Part shown: one piece after another, positions 1 through 9,988 of the stretch
Layout of the letters: each line of letters opens with the position of its first letter
How positions within the stretch are numbered: position 1 is the first letter of the stretch
Assembly (NCBI GenBank): GCA_902569865.1
Contig: CACFVT010000004.1
Location: forward strand, 1 to 50,080
From: an uncultured Alphaproteobacteria bacterium
Lineage (GTDB): Bacteria; Pseudomonadota; Alphaproteobacteria; HIMB59; GCA-002718135
DNA length: 50,080 nucleotides
Reading direction: 5' to 3'
Notes under the pieces: model-generated
Database searches by the model: none
What the model was told of the DNA's origin: nothing
What the model saw: the letters and a program-made list of their open reading frames with translations, nothing else
Position numbers and translations under genes: made by a program

Positions 1-15
1 TACTTCTTTTGCCAT
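1..15 (-). CDS. rplK: 50S ribosomal protein L11, N-terminal fragment (runs off window)
   Basis: Minus strand ATG GCA AAA GAA GTA (MAKEV) at 15..1 with AGGAG SD at 21-25, directly after nusG as in the conserved secE-nusG-rplK order. Confidence 0.8.
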
Positions 16-32
16 ATTTACTCCTACTCTAT

Positions 33-566
33 TTATGCCTTCTCAACTTGTGAATACTCTAAATCTACGGGTGTAGATCTGCCAAATATAGAAACTGCAA
101 CTCTTAATCTAGCTTTTTCTTCATCAATTTGCTCAATTTCTCCATTAAAGGATGCAAAAGGTCCATCAATAACCTTAACTTGCTCACCTACATCATACAT
201 AACTGCTGGTCTAGATTTTTCAACTCCATCAATTACTTGCTCTGATATTCTTTTAGCTTCAGCATTGCTTATTGGAACTGGTTGACCTTTATTTCCTAAA
301 AAACCAGATAATTTAGGAGTATTTTTAATGATGTGCCATGTGTCATCATTAAGATTCATTTTAATAAGTATATAACCTGGAAATATTTTTCTTTCAGTGT
401 TTATCCTAACTCCTCTTTTGACCTCTACAATATTTTGAGTTGGGACTGATACTTCTTCAATTTGATCAGAAATACCAAGTTTACCTGCTTGATCCAAAAT
501 ACTGTCAGCAACTTTTTTTTCATATCCTGAGTAAGCGTGAAGCACATACCATCTACATTTTATCAT
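33..566 (-). CDS. nusG: Transcription termination/antitermination factor NusG
   Basis: WYVLHAYSGYE N-terminus, FPGY motif, KOW domain (GPFASFNG...SIFGRSTPV). Confidence 0.98.
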   Translation of the reverse strand: MIKCRWYVLHAYSGYEKKVADSILDQAGKLGISDQIEEVSVPTQNIVEVKRGVRINTERKIFPGYILIKMNLNDDTWHIIKNTPKLSGFLGNKGQPVPISNAEAKRISEQVIDGVEKSRPAVMYDVGEQVKVIDGPFASFNGEIEQIDEEKARLRVAVSIFGRSTPVDLEYSQVEKA

Positions 567-567
567 C

Positions 568-777
568 TTATAAACCTGAACCTATTTCTATAATTTTCTT
601 AATTGAAAAAGACCAAACCTGATCACTAAGAAGAAAAAAGATTGAAAATAAAAAAATCAACAAAATTACTATTAAAGAAGAAATAAGTGTATCTCTTCTT
701 GAGGGCCAAGTAACCTTTTGTAATTCTTGTCGAACTTGTCTGACAAAAAGTGCAGGTGATGTTTTTTTATTTTCCAT
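568..777 (-). CDS. secE: Preprotein translocase subunit SecE
   Basis: ELQKVTWPSRR motif followed by one TM helix; between tRNA-Trp and nusG. Confidence 0.96.
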   Translation of the reverse strand: MENKKTSPALFVRQVRQELQKVTWPSRRDTLISSLIVILLIFLFSIFFLLSDQVWSFSIKKIIEIGSGL

Positions 778-796
778 ATTTTTTTCAATTAATTAT

Positions 797-872
797 TGGC
801 AGGAGTGGCAGGACTTGAACCCGCAGCCCCCGGTTTTGGAGACCGGTGCTCTACCAGTTGAGCTACACTCCT
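797..872 (-). tRNA. tRNA-Trp(CCA)
   Basis: Reverse complement AGGAGTGTAGCTCAACTGGTAGAGCACCGGTCTCCAAAACCGG...GGTTCAAGTCCTGCCACTCCTGCCA; cloverleaf, anticodon CCA, encoded 3' CCA. Confidence 0.98.
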
Positions 873-915
873 AAAATTCAGATATAGCTAAAACTAATAG
901 AGCGGTCTCAAATAC

Positions 916-2106
916 CTATTCAATAATTTCAGCTACAACTCCAGCACCAACAGTTCTACCACCTTCTCTAATTGCGAATTTTAAACCTTTATCCATAGCA
1001 ATTGGAGAAAGCAAGGTAACTTCCATTGTAATGTTATCTCCTGGCATAACCATTTCAGTTCCTTCCGGAAGTTTGATTGTGCCAGTTACATCTGTTGTTC
1101 TAAAATAGAACTGAGGTCTATAATTAGAGAAGAAAGGGGTATGTCTTCCACCCTCTTCTTTTTTAAGAACATAAGCTTCAGCTTTAAATTTAGTGTGAGG
1201 TTTGATAGATCCAGGTTTAGCTAAGACTTGACCTCTTTCAACCTCTTCTCTTTTAGTACCTCTAAGTAAAACACCTACGTTATCACCTGCTTCACCTGAG
1301 TCTAAAAGTTTTCTAAACATTTCTACACCAGTACATGTGGTTTTTTGAGCTTCTCTTATTCCTAATATTTCAATTTCTTCACCAACCTTAACTTGTCCTT
1401 GTTCAATACGACCAGTTACAACAGTTCCTCTTCCAGATATTGAAAATACATCCTCTACTGGCATTAGAAATGGTTGATCTATAGGTCTGGTTGGTTGAGG
1501 TATAGACTCATCAACAGCTTTCATAAGCTCAATAATTGAATTTTTTCCTATTTCATCATCTCTTCCTTCTAAAGCAGCTAGGGCAGATCCTTTGATGATT
1601 GGGATTTTATCACCAGGGAATTCATATGATGTAAGGAGTTCTCTAATTTCCATTTCAACTAAATCAATTAATTCTTTATCGTCAACTTGGTCAACTTTAT
1701 TCATGTAGACAACAAGAGCTGGAACACCCACTTGTCTTGCTAAAAGAATATGTTCTCTTGTTTGTGGCATTGGTCCATCAGCAGCATTAACAACAAGAAT
1801 TCCCCCGTCCATCTGTGCGGCACCTGTAATCATATTTTTTACATAGTCGGCATGACCAGGACAATCTACGTGTGCATAGTGTCTTGCTTCAGTTTCATAT
1901 TCTACATGAGCTGTAGAAATTGTAATTCCACGTTCCCTTTCCTCAGGAGCTTTATCTATGTTTGCATAGTCAGTAAACTCTGCTCCTCCAGCTTCTGCCA
2001 GAACTTTAGTTATTGCAGCAGTTAAAGTAGTTTTACCGTGATCAACGTGTCCAACAGTACCGATATTACAATGCGGTTTATTTCTTTCAAATTTTGCTTT
2101 AGCCAT
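916..2106 (-). CDS. tuf: Elongation factor Tu
   Basis: [29 protein letters not shown]-motifs; 396 aa. Confidence 0.99.
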   Translation of the reverse strand: MAKAKFERNKPHCNIGTVGHVDHGKTTLTAAITKVLAEAGGAEFTDYANIDKAPEERERGITISTAHVEYETEARHYAHVDCPGHADYVKNMITGAAQMDGGILVVNAADGPMPQTREHILLARQVGVPALVVYMNKVDQVDDKELIDLVEMEIRELLTSYEFPGDKIPIIKGSALAALEGRDDEIGKNSIIELMKAVDESIPQPTRPIDQPFLMPVEDVFSISGRGTVVTGRIEQGQVKVGEEIEILGIREAQKTTCTGVEMFRKLLDSGEAGDNVGVLLRGTKREEVERGQVLAKPGSIKPHTKFKAEAYVLKKEEGGRHTPFFSNYRPQFYFRTTDVTGTIKLPEGTEMVMPGDNITMEVTLLSPIAMDKGLKFAIREGGRTVGAGVVAEIIE

Positions 2107-2136
2107 TTTTATTACCCCAGTATTAAATATTCATTT

Positions 2137-2210
2137 TGGAGCGGGTGAAGGGAATCGAACCCTCGTAGCCAGCTTGGAAGGCTGGAGCTTTACCACTAAG
2201 CTACACCCGC
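2137..2210 (-). tRNA. tRNA-Gly(TCC)
   Basis: GCGGGTGTAGCTTAGTGGTAAAGCTCCAGCCTTCCAAGCTGG...GGTTCGATTCCCTTCACCCGCTCCA; 74 nt. Confidence 0.98.
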
Positions 2211-2260
2211 TTTTGAAACCGACTCACTCACTCATTGCCTTTATGCCTACTCTCCAATTA

Positions 2261-2346
2261 TGGTGGAGGGGGTAGGATTCGAACCTACGTACGCTCACGC
2301 GGGCGGATTTACAGTCCGCTGCCTTTAACCACTCGACCACCCCTCC
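2261..2346 (-). tRNA. tRNA-Tyr(GTA)
   Basis: GGAGGGGTGGTCGAGTGGTTAAAGGCAGCGGACTGTAAATCCGC, long variable arm, GGTTCGAATCC, CCA end. Confidence 0.98.
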
Positions 2347-2362
2347 AAACTTGAAGAAATGG

Positions 2363-2392
2363 CACATACTAATTAATTAGTATGATTGTCAA
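2363..2392 (-). promoter_or_regulatory. Probable sigma70 promoter of the tRNA-Tyr-Gly-tuf unit
   Basis: Exact TTGACA at 2392-2387; candidate -10 (GTATGT/TATGTG) 17-18 nt downstream; spacer contains a perfect 20-bp palindrome. Confidence 0.55.
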
Positions 2393-2517
2393 TCTAAAAC
2401 AACTTACCGTCCACCCTAAGATTCAAATGTTCTTAAAAGCGCGCTCCTTTTAGACAAAAAATTGGAATTTGTATATATCTAGATTGTATTTAATAGACAA
2501 ATCTGTGATAAATAAAA

Positions 2518-3282
2518 ATGCCAAAAAATAACTATCAAAAACCTAGCAATACTAGGAAAAAACAAATAATCTATGGATTACACGCAGTTAAAGCAGCATT
2601 ATTAAATGATAAAAGAAATCATTACGAACTTTTAATTACTGAAAATCACCAAAAATTAGCAGATAATTACAAATCAAAAATACAGAAAATTACATTTTTA
2701 CATCAAAAAGAATTTCAAAAAATGTATGGAGATGAAAAATCTACACAAGGGATTATATTAAAAACAAATGATTTTGAAAGACCAAATCTTCAACAATTTT
2801 TAAAAAATGAAAAGCTAAATCATAAATCTGTTTTATTAGCCTTAGATCAAATAACTGATCCACAAAATATAGGATCAATAATGCGTTCATGTGCTTTGTT
2901 TAACTGCAAGGGAATAATAGTAGCTAAGGACAACGCGCCAGACCTTACTCCCTCTTTATACAAGGCTGCATCAGGAGCTGCAGAAATTGTAAACTATTTC
3001 AAAGTGACAAATTTAAAAAGAAGTATTTCAGAATTAAAAAAAACTGGTTATTGGGCTTATGGGTTTGACTCATCAAATAATGAAAATTCAGACAATATAA
3101 ATTTTTCAAAAAAATCAATATTAGTATTTGGTTCAGAAGGTAAGGGTATAAGAGATCTAGTAAAAAAAGAATGCGATGAGATTATACAATTACAAATGCA
3201 AAAGAACACCCATTATCAAATTGATAGCTTGAATGTATCAAATGCAGCTTCAATTGCTCTTTATGAATTTTTTAAATCTTAA
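2518..3282 (+). CDS. rlmB: 23S rRNA (guanosine-2251-2'-O)-methyltransferase RlmB (SpoU family)
   Basis: IYGLHAV, DPQNIGSIMRS, GSEGKG, SLNVSNA SPOUT motifs; conserved position between tRNA-Tyr and tRNA-Thr. Confidence 0.93.
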   Translation: MPKNNYQKPSNTRKKQIIYGLHAVKAALLNDKRNHYELLITENHQKLADNYKSKIQKITFLHQKEFQKMYGDEKSTQGIILKTNDFERPNLQQFLKNEKLNHKSVLLALDQITDPQNIGSIMRSCALFNCKGIIVAKDNAPDLTPSLYKAASGAAEIVNYFKVTNLKRSISELKKTGYWAYGFDSSNNENSDNINFSKKSILVFGSEGKGIRDLVKKECDEIIQLQMQKNTHYQIDSLNVSNAASIALYEFFKS

Positions 3283-3301
3283 CTTATAATTTTTTTTAAA
3301 A

Positions 3302-3377
<76 letters not shown>

Positions 3378-3388
3378 ACTAAAATAGC

Positions 3389-3417
3389 CATTTACAATTA
3401 AATTAAAAATTCGACAA
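3389..3417 (-). promoter_or_regulatory. Probable sigma70 promoter for tRNA-Thr
   Basis: TTGTCG-N17-TAAATG ending 11 nt upstream of the tRNA. Confidence 0.45.
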
Positions 3418-3429
3418 GTGATTTATATT

Positions 3430-3549
3430 TTAAATTCCAGGAATATAAGGGACACCGTCACCTTTCACTTTTTCATTAATTTCTGAAATAGTTGAGCAAG
3501 CAGTTAATGGAGATATAACTAAAAAAAGTATTAATATTAATTTTCTCAT
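3430..3549 (-). CDS. Small (39 aa) putative lipoprotein, not in ORF track
   Basis: Hand translation MRKLILILFLVISPLTACSTISEINEKVKGDGVPYIPGI*; basic N-terminus, hydrophobic core, LTAC lipobox; starts 4 nt after the FDH alpha stop. Confidence 0.75.
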   Translation of the reverse strand: MRKLILILFLVISPLTACSTISEINEKVKGDGVPYIPGI

Positions 3550-3553
3550 GTTT

Positions 3554-6310
3554 TTAATTTATCTTTTCTATTTTCGCAGCGCAATACTTAAATTCAGGAA
3601 TTTTTCCATAGGGATCAAGAGCTGGATTAGTCAAAAGATTTGCAGCGGCTTCATTATAACAAAAAGGTATGAAAATTACACCTTCAGGAATTGTTCTATC
3701 CTCTCTTACTCTTATATTAACAGTCCCCCTTCTAGTTGAAACTTTTATCTTATCTCCTGGTTTCATATTTTTCTTTACAATTTCATTGGGTGATATTGAA
3801 ACAGTTGCTTCAGGTTCTATCGCATCTAAATTAGAGGCTTTTCTAGTCATAGCTCCTGTGTGCCAATGCTCAAGCTGCCTTCCAGTAGTAAGAATCATTT
3901 CAAATTCATCATCAGGAATTTCATCTGGAGAGGTAACACTTGCTGGAACAAATTTTCCTCTTCCAGACTCATTAGGAAATTTATCTCCAAATACTATTTC
4001 ATCACCAGGAGTAGTTGGAGAACTACTTGGATAAGTTACTGAATTTTCTTTTTCTAACCTATCCCACGAAATATTATTTAATGAAGGCATGGTATTTGAC
4101 ATCTCTTCATAAATTTCCTTCGGATGTTTGTAATGCCAATCTAAGCCCATTCTTTTTCCTAATTCATTTGTGATCCACCAATCCTCTTTTGCTGCACCAG
4201 GTGCATCAAGAGCCTTGCGACCCATTTGAACTTGTCGATTTGTATTAGTAACAGTTCCATTTTTTTCAGGCCATGCTGAAGCAGGAAAAATTACATCTGC
4301 ATAAGTTGCAGTTTCAGTTAAAAAAATATCTTGAACTACCAAGTGATCTAGCATTTGAAGGGCTTCTCTTGCGTGATTAAGATCTGGATCAGACATTGCA
4401 GGATTTTCTCCAAGTATATACATACCCTTAATTGTATTTTCATGAATGGCATCCATAATTTCAACAACTGTTAAGCCTTTTTTATTGTCTAAAGATGTGT
4501 TCCAAAATTTTTCAAAAAAATCTTTTTTGTCATTGTTTTCAACTAACTGATAGTCTGGGTACATCATTGGGATTAGTCCAGCATCAGAAGCTCCTTGCAC
4601 ATTATTTTGACCGCGAAGAGGGTGCAATCCAGAACCTCTTCTTCCAACATTGCCAGTCATCAATGCTAAGGATATCAAGCATCTTGCATTATCAGTTCCG
4701 TGAACATGCTGTGATATTCCCATTCCCCAAAAAATTATCCCCTTATTAGTATTTGCAAACAACCTTGCAACCTCTCGAATCATTTTTGCGTCTATACCAG
4801 TTTGTTCTTCCATCAATTCTGGTGGATAATTTTTTAAATGATCTTTTAGGTCAACAAAGCCTGACGTTTGTTTTTTGATGTATTCTTCGTTATATAAATT
4901 TTCCTCAATTATGACATTCATTATGGAATTTAAGAGAGCAACATCTGATCCTGATTTAAATTGCAACATGTGTGTTGCGTGTTTTTTTAATGCATGACCT
5001 CTTGGATCCATTACAATTAGTTTCGATCCTTTCTTTGCTGCATTTTTAAAAAAAGTTGCAGCAACAGGATGGTTTTCAGACGGGTTAGCACCAATTACAA
5101 TGATAACCTCTGAATGTTCAACTTCATAAAAAGGTGCAGTGACAGCACCAGAACCGATAGTTTCAAGCAAAGCAGCAACAGATGATGCATGACAAAGACG
5201 CGTGCAATGATCAACGTTATTGGTGTTAAAGCCAGTTCGAATAAGTTTTTGAAAAAGATATGCTTCCTCATTTGAACACTTAGCTGATCCAAAACCAGCA
5301 AGATTGCTTTTTCCGTTTCTTTTCTTCTTAATTTCAAGAAATCCATTTGCTGCATAATTTAATGCTTCTTCCCAGCTAGCCTCTCTAAAATATTCATGTA
5401 AATTTGAGAAATCAATATTTGGATGTAAATCTTTTTGTTTTCCTTTTATTCTTATTAAGGGTTTCGTTAATCTCTCTGGATTACTAACATAATCAAAGCC
5501 AAACCTTCCTTTTACACAAAGTCTATTTTTGTTAGCTGGACCATCAATGCCGTTTACATACTTTATATCATTATCTTTAACATTGTATTCAATTTGACAT
5601 CCTACACCGCAATAAGGGCACACACTGTTTACCTTTTTATCTACATCACTTTGACCTATGCCTTCTTTGTTGACAACAGTTGCAGGCATTAATGCTCCTG
5701 TAGGACAAGCTTGTACACACTCCCCACAAGCTACACATGAACTATCTCCCATTGGATCATCAAAATCAAAAACTATTTTTGAGTTTTCTCCTCTGTATGC
5801 CATTCCAATAACATCATTTACTTGAACTTCTCTACAAGCACGTACACAAAGGTTGCACTGAATGCAGGCATCTAAATTTACTGCCATACTCGGATGTGAA
5901 TTATCCGATTGACAAGGAATTTTTTTTGGGAATCTATTTTCTTTTAGATCAACTTTATCAATCCAATTCCAAAAATCAGAATTATTATCATGTGCAATTT
6001 CTCTTTCAGGTTGGTCAGCTAATAATAATTCGAAAACTAATGTTCTAGATTTTTTTGCTTTATCTGAAGCAGTTTGCACCTTCATATCAGTTGAAGGTTT
6101 TCTAATACATGACGCTGCTAATACTCTTTCTCCTTCAATTTCAACCATACATGCTCTACAGTTTCCATCAGCTCTGTACCCAGGTTTGCTTGAATAACAC
6201 AAATGAGGAATTTCATTACCGAGTCTATTCGCTACCTGCCAGATTGTTTCATCTTTATTTGCCTCAACTAGCTTATCATTAAGATAAAACTTTATTTTTT
6301 TATTACTCAT
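3554..6310 (-). CDS. fdhF: Formate dehydrogenase alpha subunit (bis-MGD, FDH1A/FdhF type)
   Basis: N-terminal 2Fe-2S (CY...CRAC...C), two CxxCxxCxxxC ferredoxin motifs, CPYCGVGC, catalytic RLCH (Cys, not Sec), LRGQNNVQG, PEFK C-terminus. Confidence 0.96.
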   Translation of the reverse strand: MSNKKIKFYLNDKLVEANKDETIWQVANRLGNEIPHLCYSSKPGYRADGNCRACMVEIEGERVLAASCIRKPSTDMKVQTASDKAKKSRTLVFELLLADQPEREIAHDNNSDFWNWIDKVDLKENRFPKKIPCQSDNSHPSMAVNLDACIQCNLCVRACREVQVNDVIGMAYRGENSKIVFDFDDPMGDSSCVACGECVQACPTGALMPATVVNKEGIGQSDVDKKVNSVCPYCGVGCQIEYNVKDNDIKYVNGIDGPANKNRLCVKGRFGFDYVSNPERLTKPLIRIKGKQKDLHPNIDFSNLHEYFREASWEEALNYAANGFLEIKKKRNGKSNLAGFGSAKCSNEEAYLFQKLIRTGFNTNNVDHCTRLCHASSVAALLETIGSGAVTAPFYEVEHSEVIIVIGANPSENHPVAATFFKNAAKKGSKLIVMDPRGHALKKHATHMLQFKSGSDVALLNSIMNVIIEENLYNEEYIKKQTSGFVDLKDHLKNYPPELMEEQTGIDAKMIREVARLFANTNKGIIFWGMGISQHVHGTDNARCLISLALMTGNVGRRGSGLHPLRGQNNVQGASDAGLIPMMYPDYQLVENNDKKDFFEKFWNTSLDNKKGLTVVEIMDAIHENTIKGMYILGENPAMSDPDLNHAREALQMLDHLVVQDIFLTETATYADVIFPASAWPEKNGTVTNTNRQVQMGRKALDAPGAAKEDWWITNELGKRMGLDWHYKHPKEIYEEMSNTMPSLNNISWDRLEKENSVTYPSSSPTTPGDEIVFGDKFPNESGRGKFVPASVTSPDEIPDDEFEMILTTGRQLEHWHTGAMTRKASNLDAIEPEATVSISPNEIVKKNMKPGDKIKVSTRRGTVNIRVREDRTIPEGVIFIPFCYNEAAANLLTNPALDPYGKIPEFKYCAAKIEKIN

Positions 6311-8006
6311 AATCTATCTCATTTGAAAAATATTTTAGAACTGAATTAAGTGGATTTGTAGCCGCTTGACCCAAACCACAAATTGAGGCTTGAGACATTA
6401 CCTCTGATAAATCTTTAAGTTTTTCTTTATTCCAAATTTTTTCTTTCATCAGTTTCACTGTTTTTTCAGTTCCAACTCTGCATGGAGTACATTGTCCACA
6501 ACTTTCCTCTTCAAAAAATTTTAATAAGTTGAGAGCTACATCTTTCATGTCATCTTTATCAGACAAGATTACTATGGCTGCAGATCCTAAAAAACATCCG
6601 GCTTCAGTTAATTCTTTAGAACCATAATCTAGAGGAATATTATTCATTTTAGAAGGTAAAATTCCTCCGGAGGCACCGCCAGGAAGATACCCTTTAAAGA
6701 CATGATTGTCTTCCATCCCACCACAATAATCATCTATTAATTCTTGGATTGTAATACCTGCTGGAGCTACTTTAACGCCAGGATTTTTAACTCTTCCTGA
6801 GACTGAAAAACTATGAAAACCTTTATTTCCATGAATTCCTTTATCTGCAAACCAATTTGGTCCTTTTTCTAATATATCCCTTATCCAAAATAGTGTTTCA
6901 AGATTGTTAGTTAGGGTGGGTGAATTAAATAATCCAACTTCTGCCACATAAGGTGGTCTATGTCTTGGGAGACCTCTTTTGCCCTCAATACTCTCAATCA
7001 TTGCAGACTCTTCTCCGCATATATAAGCCCCAGCACCTCTTCTTAATACAATATGACCATGAGGAATAATCTCTTCTTTTTCCAACTTTAAAATTTCATC
7101 ATTCAATATTTTTATTACAGAAGGATACTCATCTCTCATATAAATATAAACATTAGATGCCTTAATAAATAAAGATGCAATTACTGCCCCTTCAAGAAAT
7201 CTATGAGGATCTTTTTCTAAATAAGTTCTATCTTTAAAAGTTCCAGGCTCTCCTTCATCACCATTAACAGCTACATACTTTTTTCCACTATATTTAGAAA
7301 CAATTTCCCACTTTGTACCTGTGGGAAAGCCGGCCCCTCCCTTACCTTTTAAACCACTATCTTTGAGTAATGATATTATTTTATCGTTTGTTATTTGCCC
7401 CTCCTTAACTTGTTGTGCAATATTATATCCCCCATTTTTTTTATAATCTTCAAAAGAAATATAATTTGGTATAATCGTTTCAAATTTCTTATTTTTAATT
7501 ACATCTTGTACAGAATTTACAGAAGCTTTATCGACATAGTTTTTTCCAACACAAACTGTTGGGGCCACATCACATCTACCCATGCAAGGACCAGGAACAA
7601 CTTTAATATTTTTGTTTTCACTGTTCTTTAAATCGTTAAGTAATTTTTGTGCACCAAATAATTCACAGGTTAAGCTCTCACATACTCTTACTAGTGTGAG
7701 CGGTTCAAAAGTTTCTGAATTTTTTACTATATTAAAATGTGCATAAAATGTTGCAACTTCATAAATTTCTGCAAGAGGTAAGTTAATTATTGTTGATAAG
7801 GCAACTAAGTGTTTGTCATATAATACGCCAAAATTATCCTGCAAAATATGCAAATATTCAATTAGCTCATCTCTTTTAAAATTAGATCCCTTAAAAAGAT
7901 TTAATACATCATCATAAAATTTATTTTCAGCTTGCCTACCTTTTGGCTGCCATCTTCTCTTCTTTTTCTTTAAAGAGCTATCTGTTTGAGAAATAAATTT
8001 ATCCAT
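6303..8006 (-). CDS. Formate dehydrogenase beta (diaphorase) subunit, fused NuoE+NuoF-like (FDH1B type)
   Basis: EVATFY, CESLTC...CMGRC 2Fe-2S; GKGGAGFPTG, NGDEGEPGTFKD, YICGEE, ESCGQCTPCRVG; overlaps alpha start. Confidence 0.93.
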   Translation of the reverse strand: MDKFISQTDSSLKKKKRRWQPKGRQAENKFYDDVLNLFKGSNFKRDELIEYLHILQDNFGVLYDKHLVALSTIINLPLAEIYEVATFYAHFNIVKNSETFEPLTLVRVCESLTCELFGAQKLLNDLKNSENKNIKVVPGPCMGRCDVAPTVCVGKNYVDKASVNSVQDVIKNKKFETIIPNYISFEDYKKNGGYNIAQQVKEGQITNDKIISLLKDSGLKGKGGAGFPTGTKWEIVSKYSGKKYVAVNGDEGEPGTFKDRTYLEKDPHRFLEGAVIASLFIKASNVYIYMRDEYPSVIKILNDEILKLEKEEIIPHGHIVLRRGAGAYICGEESAMIESIEGKRGLPRHRPPYVAEVGLFNSPTLTNNLETLFWIRDILEKGPNWFADKGIHGNKGFHSFSVSGRVKNPGVKVAPAGITIQELIDDYCGGMEDNHVFKGYLPGGASGGILPSKMNNIPLDYGSKELTEAGCFLGSAAIVILSDKDDMKDVALNLLKFFEEESCGQCTPCRVGTEKTVKLMKEKIWNKEKLKDLSEVMSQASICGLGQAATNPLNSVLKYFSNEIDYE

Positions 8007-8046
8007 TTAAATTGAATTATTAATATATATTTTGTATCAGATTAAA

Positions 8047-8292
8047 ATGAAAGATTCAGTTGAAAATGATGAAATAGTTCTTGATACTAGTGGTACAGAA
8101 TGTCCAATCCCGGTACTTAAAGCAAGAAAACTTGCACAAGAACTAAAGAATAGCATAGTAATAAAGATAATAGCCACAGACCCTCTTGCTATTGCTGACT
8201 TTGAGCACTATTGCACTCAATCAGGTTATGAATTTCTTGAAAGTTATAATGAAAGTGAAAAAATTATAATTAAATATAAATTTAAAATTTAA
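8047..8292 (+). CDS. tusA: TusA-family sulfur carrier protein
   Basis: LDTSGTECPIP (CPxP) and ATDP motifs; ATG at 8047 preferred over TTG at 8032. Confidence 0.9.
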   Translation: MKDSVENDEIVLDTSGTECPIPVLKARKLAQELKNSIVIKIIATDPLAIADFEHYCTQSGYEFLESYNESEKIIIKYKFKI

Positions 8293-9506
8293 TAAAATAA
8301 TTTGTCAAAATCATAGTAATCAAAAATATCTCCTTTTTTAATAATACTTACATCTTCAGGAATCTCTACTACACCATCTGAATAAGATATAGAGGATATC
8401 ATTCCTGAACCTTGTTTTGGATGTTTAGAAAGAACATATTTATTTTTAACTAATTTTTTTGATACCCTAAGCCATTCGAGTCTTTTTGTTTTTTTTATCA
8501 TAGAAAAATTTGTTTTAATCTTCTCTGGCTTAATATTATTAATTATTGAGCCAATTAATTTGTAAATTAAAGGCTTAACAACAAATACATATAACAATTG
8601 AACGGAAACAGGATTGCCTGGTAAACAAACTATATATGTTTGCTTAATTTTCCCAATTGCAATAGGTCTTCCTGGCTTAATTGCAGCTCGCCAAAAAAAA
8701 ATTTTTCCGTTATTTTTTAAAGTATTAATTAAATGGTCTTCATCTCCAACTGAAGCCCCACCTGTTGTAATTATAATATTGTAATTAGACACTTCATTTA
8801 ATAATCTTTTCTTTATTTGATAGGCGTTGTCAGGAAAATTACCCAAGAATTTCTTTGTTATATAATTTTTATTTAAAAGAGAGTTTAGTAGATAATAATT
8901 TGAATTATTTATTTTAGAATTTCTTAATTTTGTTGTTGGTTTTACTAACTCGTTACCACTCGTAAAAAAACCAATTTTAATTTTTACATAAACCTTTATT
9001 TTACTATAACCAATTGCAGCAATTAAGTTTAAATTCTTATTATCAATTTTTGTACCTTTTTTTAATACAAGACTTCCCTTAGAAATATCCTCGCCCTTAT
9101 TTCTACAGTTATCTCCATAAGCTGGAACTTTAATTAAAAAAAGTTTATTATCGATGATTTCTGTATTTTCCTGCATTACAACAGTATTTGAATTTAAAGG
9201 CATTTTGGCACCAGTAAAAATCCTAATAACCTCTCCTTCTTTTATTTTATGATTAACTCTATCCCCTGCCGCAACTCTATTTTGATTAATTTTTTTTGGT
9301 ATTTTATTTAAATCTTTTTTTAACAAAGCATATCCATCTACTGCTGAATTTTTAAAAGGTGGTAAGCTTATCTTTGAATATATATTTTCTGCCAAAATTT
9401 TGTCTTCTGCATCTTGAAGATTAATTATTTCAGTTTTATTAATTTCACTTGGACATCTTTTAATAAAATTTAATATTTGCCTCAAATACAGCGGTTTCTT
9501 ATTCAT
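8289..9506 (-). CDS. moeA: Molybdopterin metal insertase MoeA
   Basis: PPFKNSAVDGYA, RIFTGA, TTGGASVGDED, IKPGRP, LPGNPVS. Confidence 0.95.
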   Translation of the reverse strand: MNKKPLYLRQILNFIKRCPSEINKTEIINLQDAEDKILAENIYSKISLPPFKNSAVDGYALLKKDLNKIPKKINQNRVAAGDRVNHKIKEGEVIRIFTGAKMPLNSNTVVMQENTEIIDNKLFLIKVPAYGDNCRNKGEDISKGSLVLKKGTKIDNKNLNLIAAIGYSKIKVYVKIKIGFFTSGNELVKPTTKLRNSKINNSNYYLLNSLLNKNYITKKFLGNFPDNAYQIKKRLLNEVSNYNIIITTGGASVGDEDHLINTLKNNGKIFFWRAAIKPGRPIAIGKIKQTYIVCLPGNPVSVQLLYVFVVKPLIYKLIGSIINNIKPEKIKTNFSMIKKTKRLEWLRVSKKLVKNKYVLSKHPKQGSGMISSISYSDGVVEIPEDVSIIKKGDIFDYYDFDKLFY

Positions 9507-9988
9507 AGAATTTTTTTTATTATAAATTCAACTAAGTTTTTAGTATCATTTTTTTTAAATACAGGAGTTCTTGTATCTTTTAACTCATCAGAAACAAATG
9601 CTATTACATTATTAGCTTCTTTATTTTTATTTTTTAAACCTTTGCCTAATATTTCGATTTTTGGATGGTTTTCTTTTTTAAAACCTTCTACAACAATAAT
9701 ATCTACATCTTGAAACTCTTTAATTAATTCCTTTAAATTTTTTTCATTTTTATCATTATTTTCTATTATTTTTGCCCAACGTTTTGAAGAACTAATAATA
9801 ACTTGATTAGAGCCAGCCTCTCGATGTTTAAAACTATCTGTGCCGGGTTTATCAATATCAAAATCATGATGTGCATGTTTTATCGATCCAATCTTGTAAC
9901 CACTCTTGACCAATAGTTTGATTATTAGACTAGCATAATATGTTTTTCCAACATCTTTCAAACCAGTGATACCGATAATTTTGCTCAT
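9503..9988 (-). CDS. mobB: Molybdopterin-guanine dinucleotide biosynthesis protein MobB
   Basis: GLKDVGKT P-loop, IKHAHHDFDIDKPGTDSFKHREAG, VEGFK. Confidence 0.95.
   Translation of the reverse strand: MSKIIGITGLKDVGKTYYASLIIKLLVKSGYKIGSIKHAHHDFDIDKPGTDSFKHREAGSNQVIISSSKRWAKIIENNDKNEKNLKELIKEFQDVDIIVVEGFKKENHPKIEILGKGLKNKNKEANNVIAFVSDELKDTRTPVFKKNDTKNLVEFIIKKIL

Noticed and set aside
2211-2260. tRNA-Tyr/Gly spacer with an ACTC-type triple repeat and a GGAGAGTAGGC start that looks tRNA-like on the minus strand
   Set aside because: No T-loop, no acceptor pairing and only 50 nt; too weak to call a pseudo-tRNA or repeat element.
5180-5215. Possible selenocysteine in the FDH active site
   Set aside because: The frame is open and reads RLCH with a Cys codon; no in-frame TGA.
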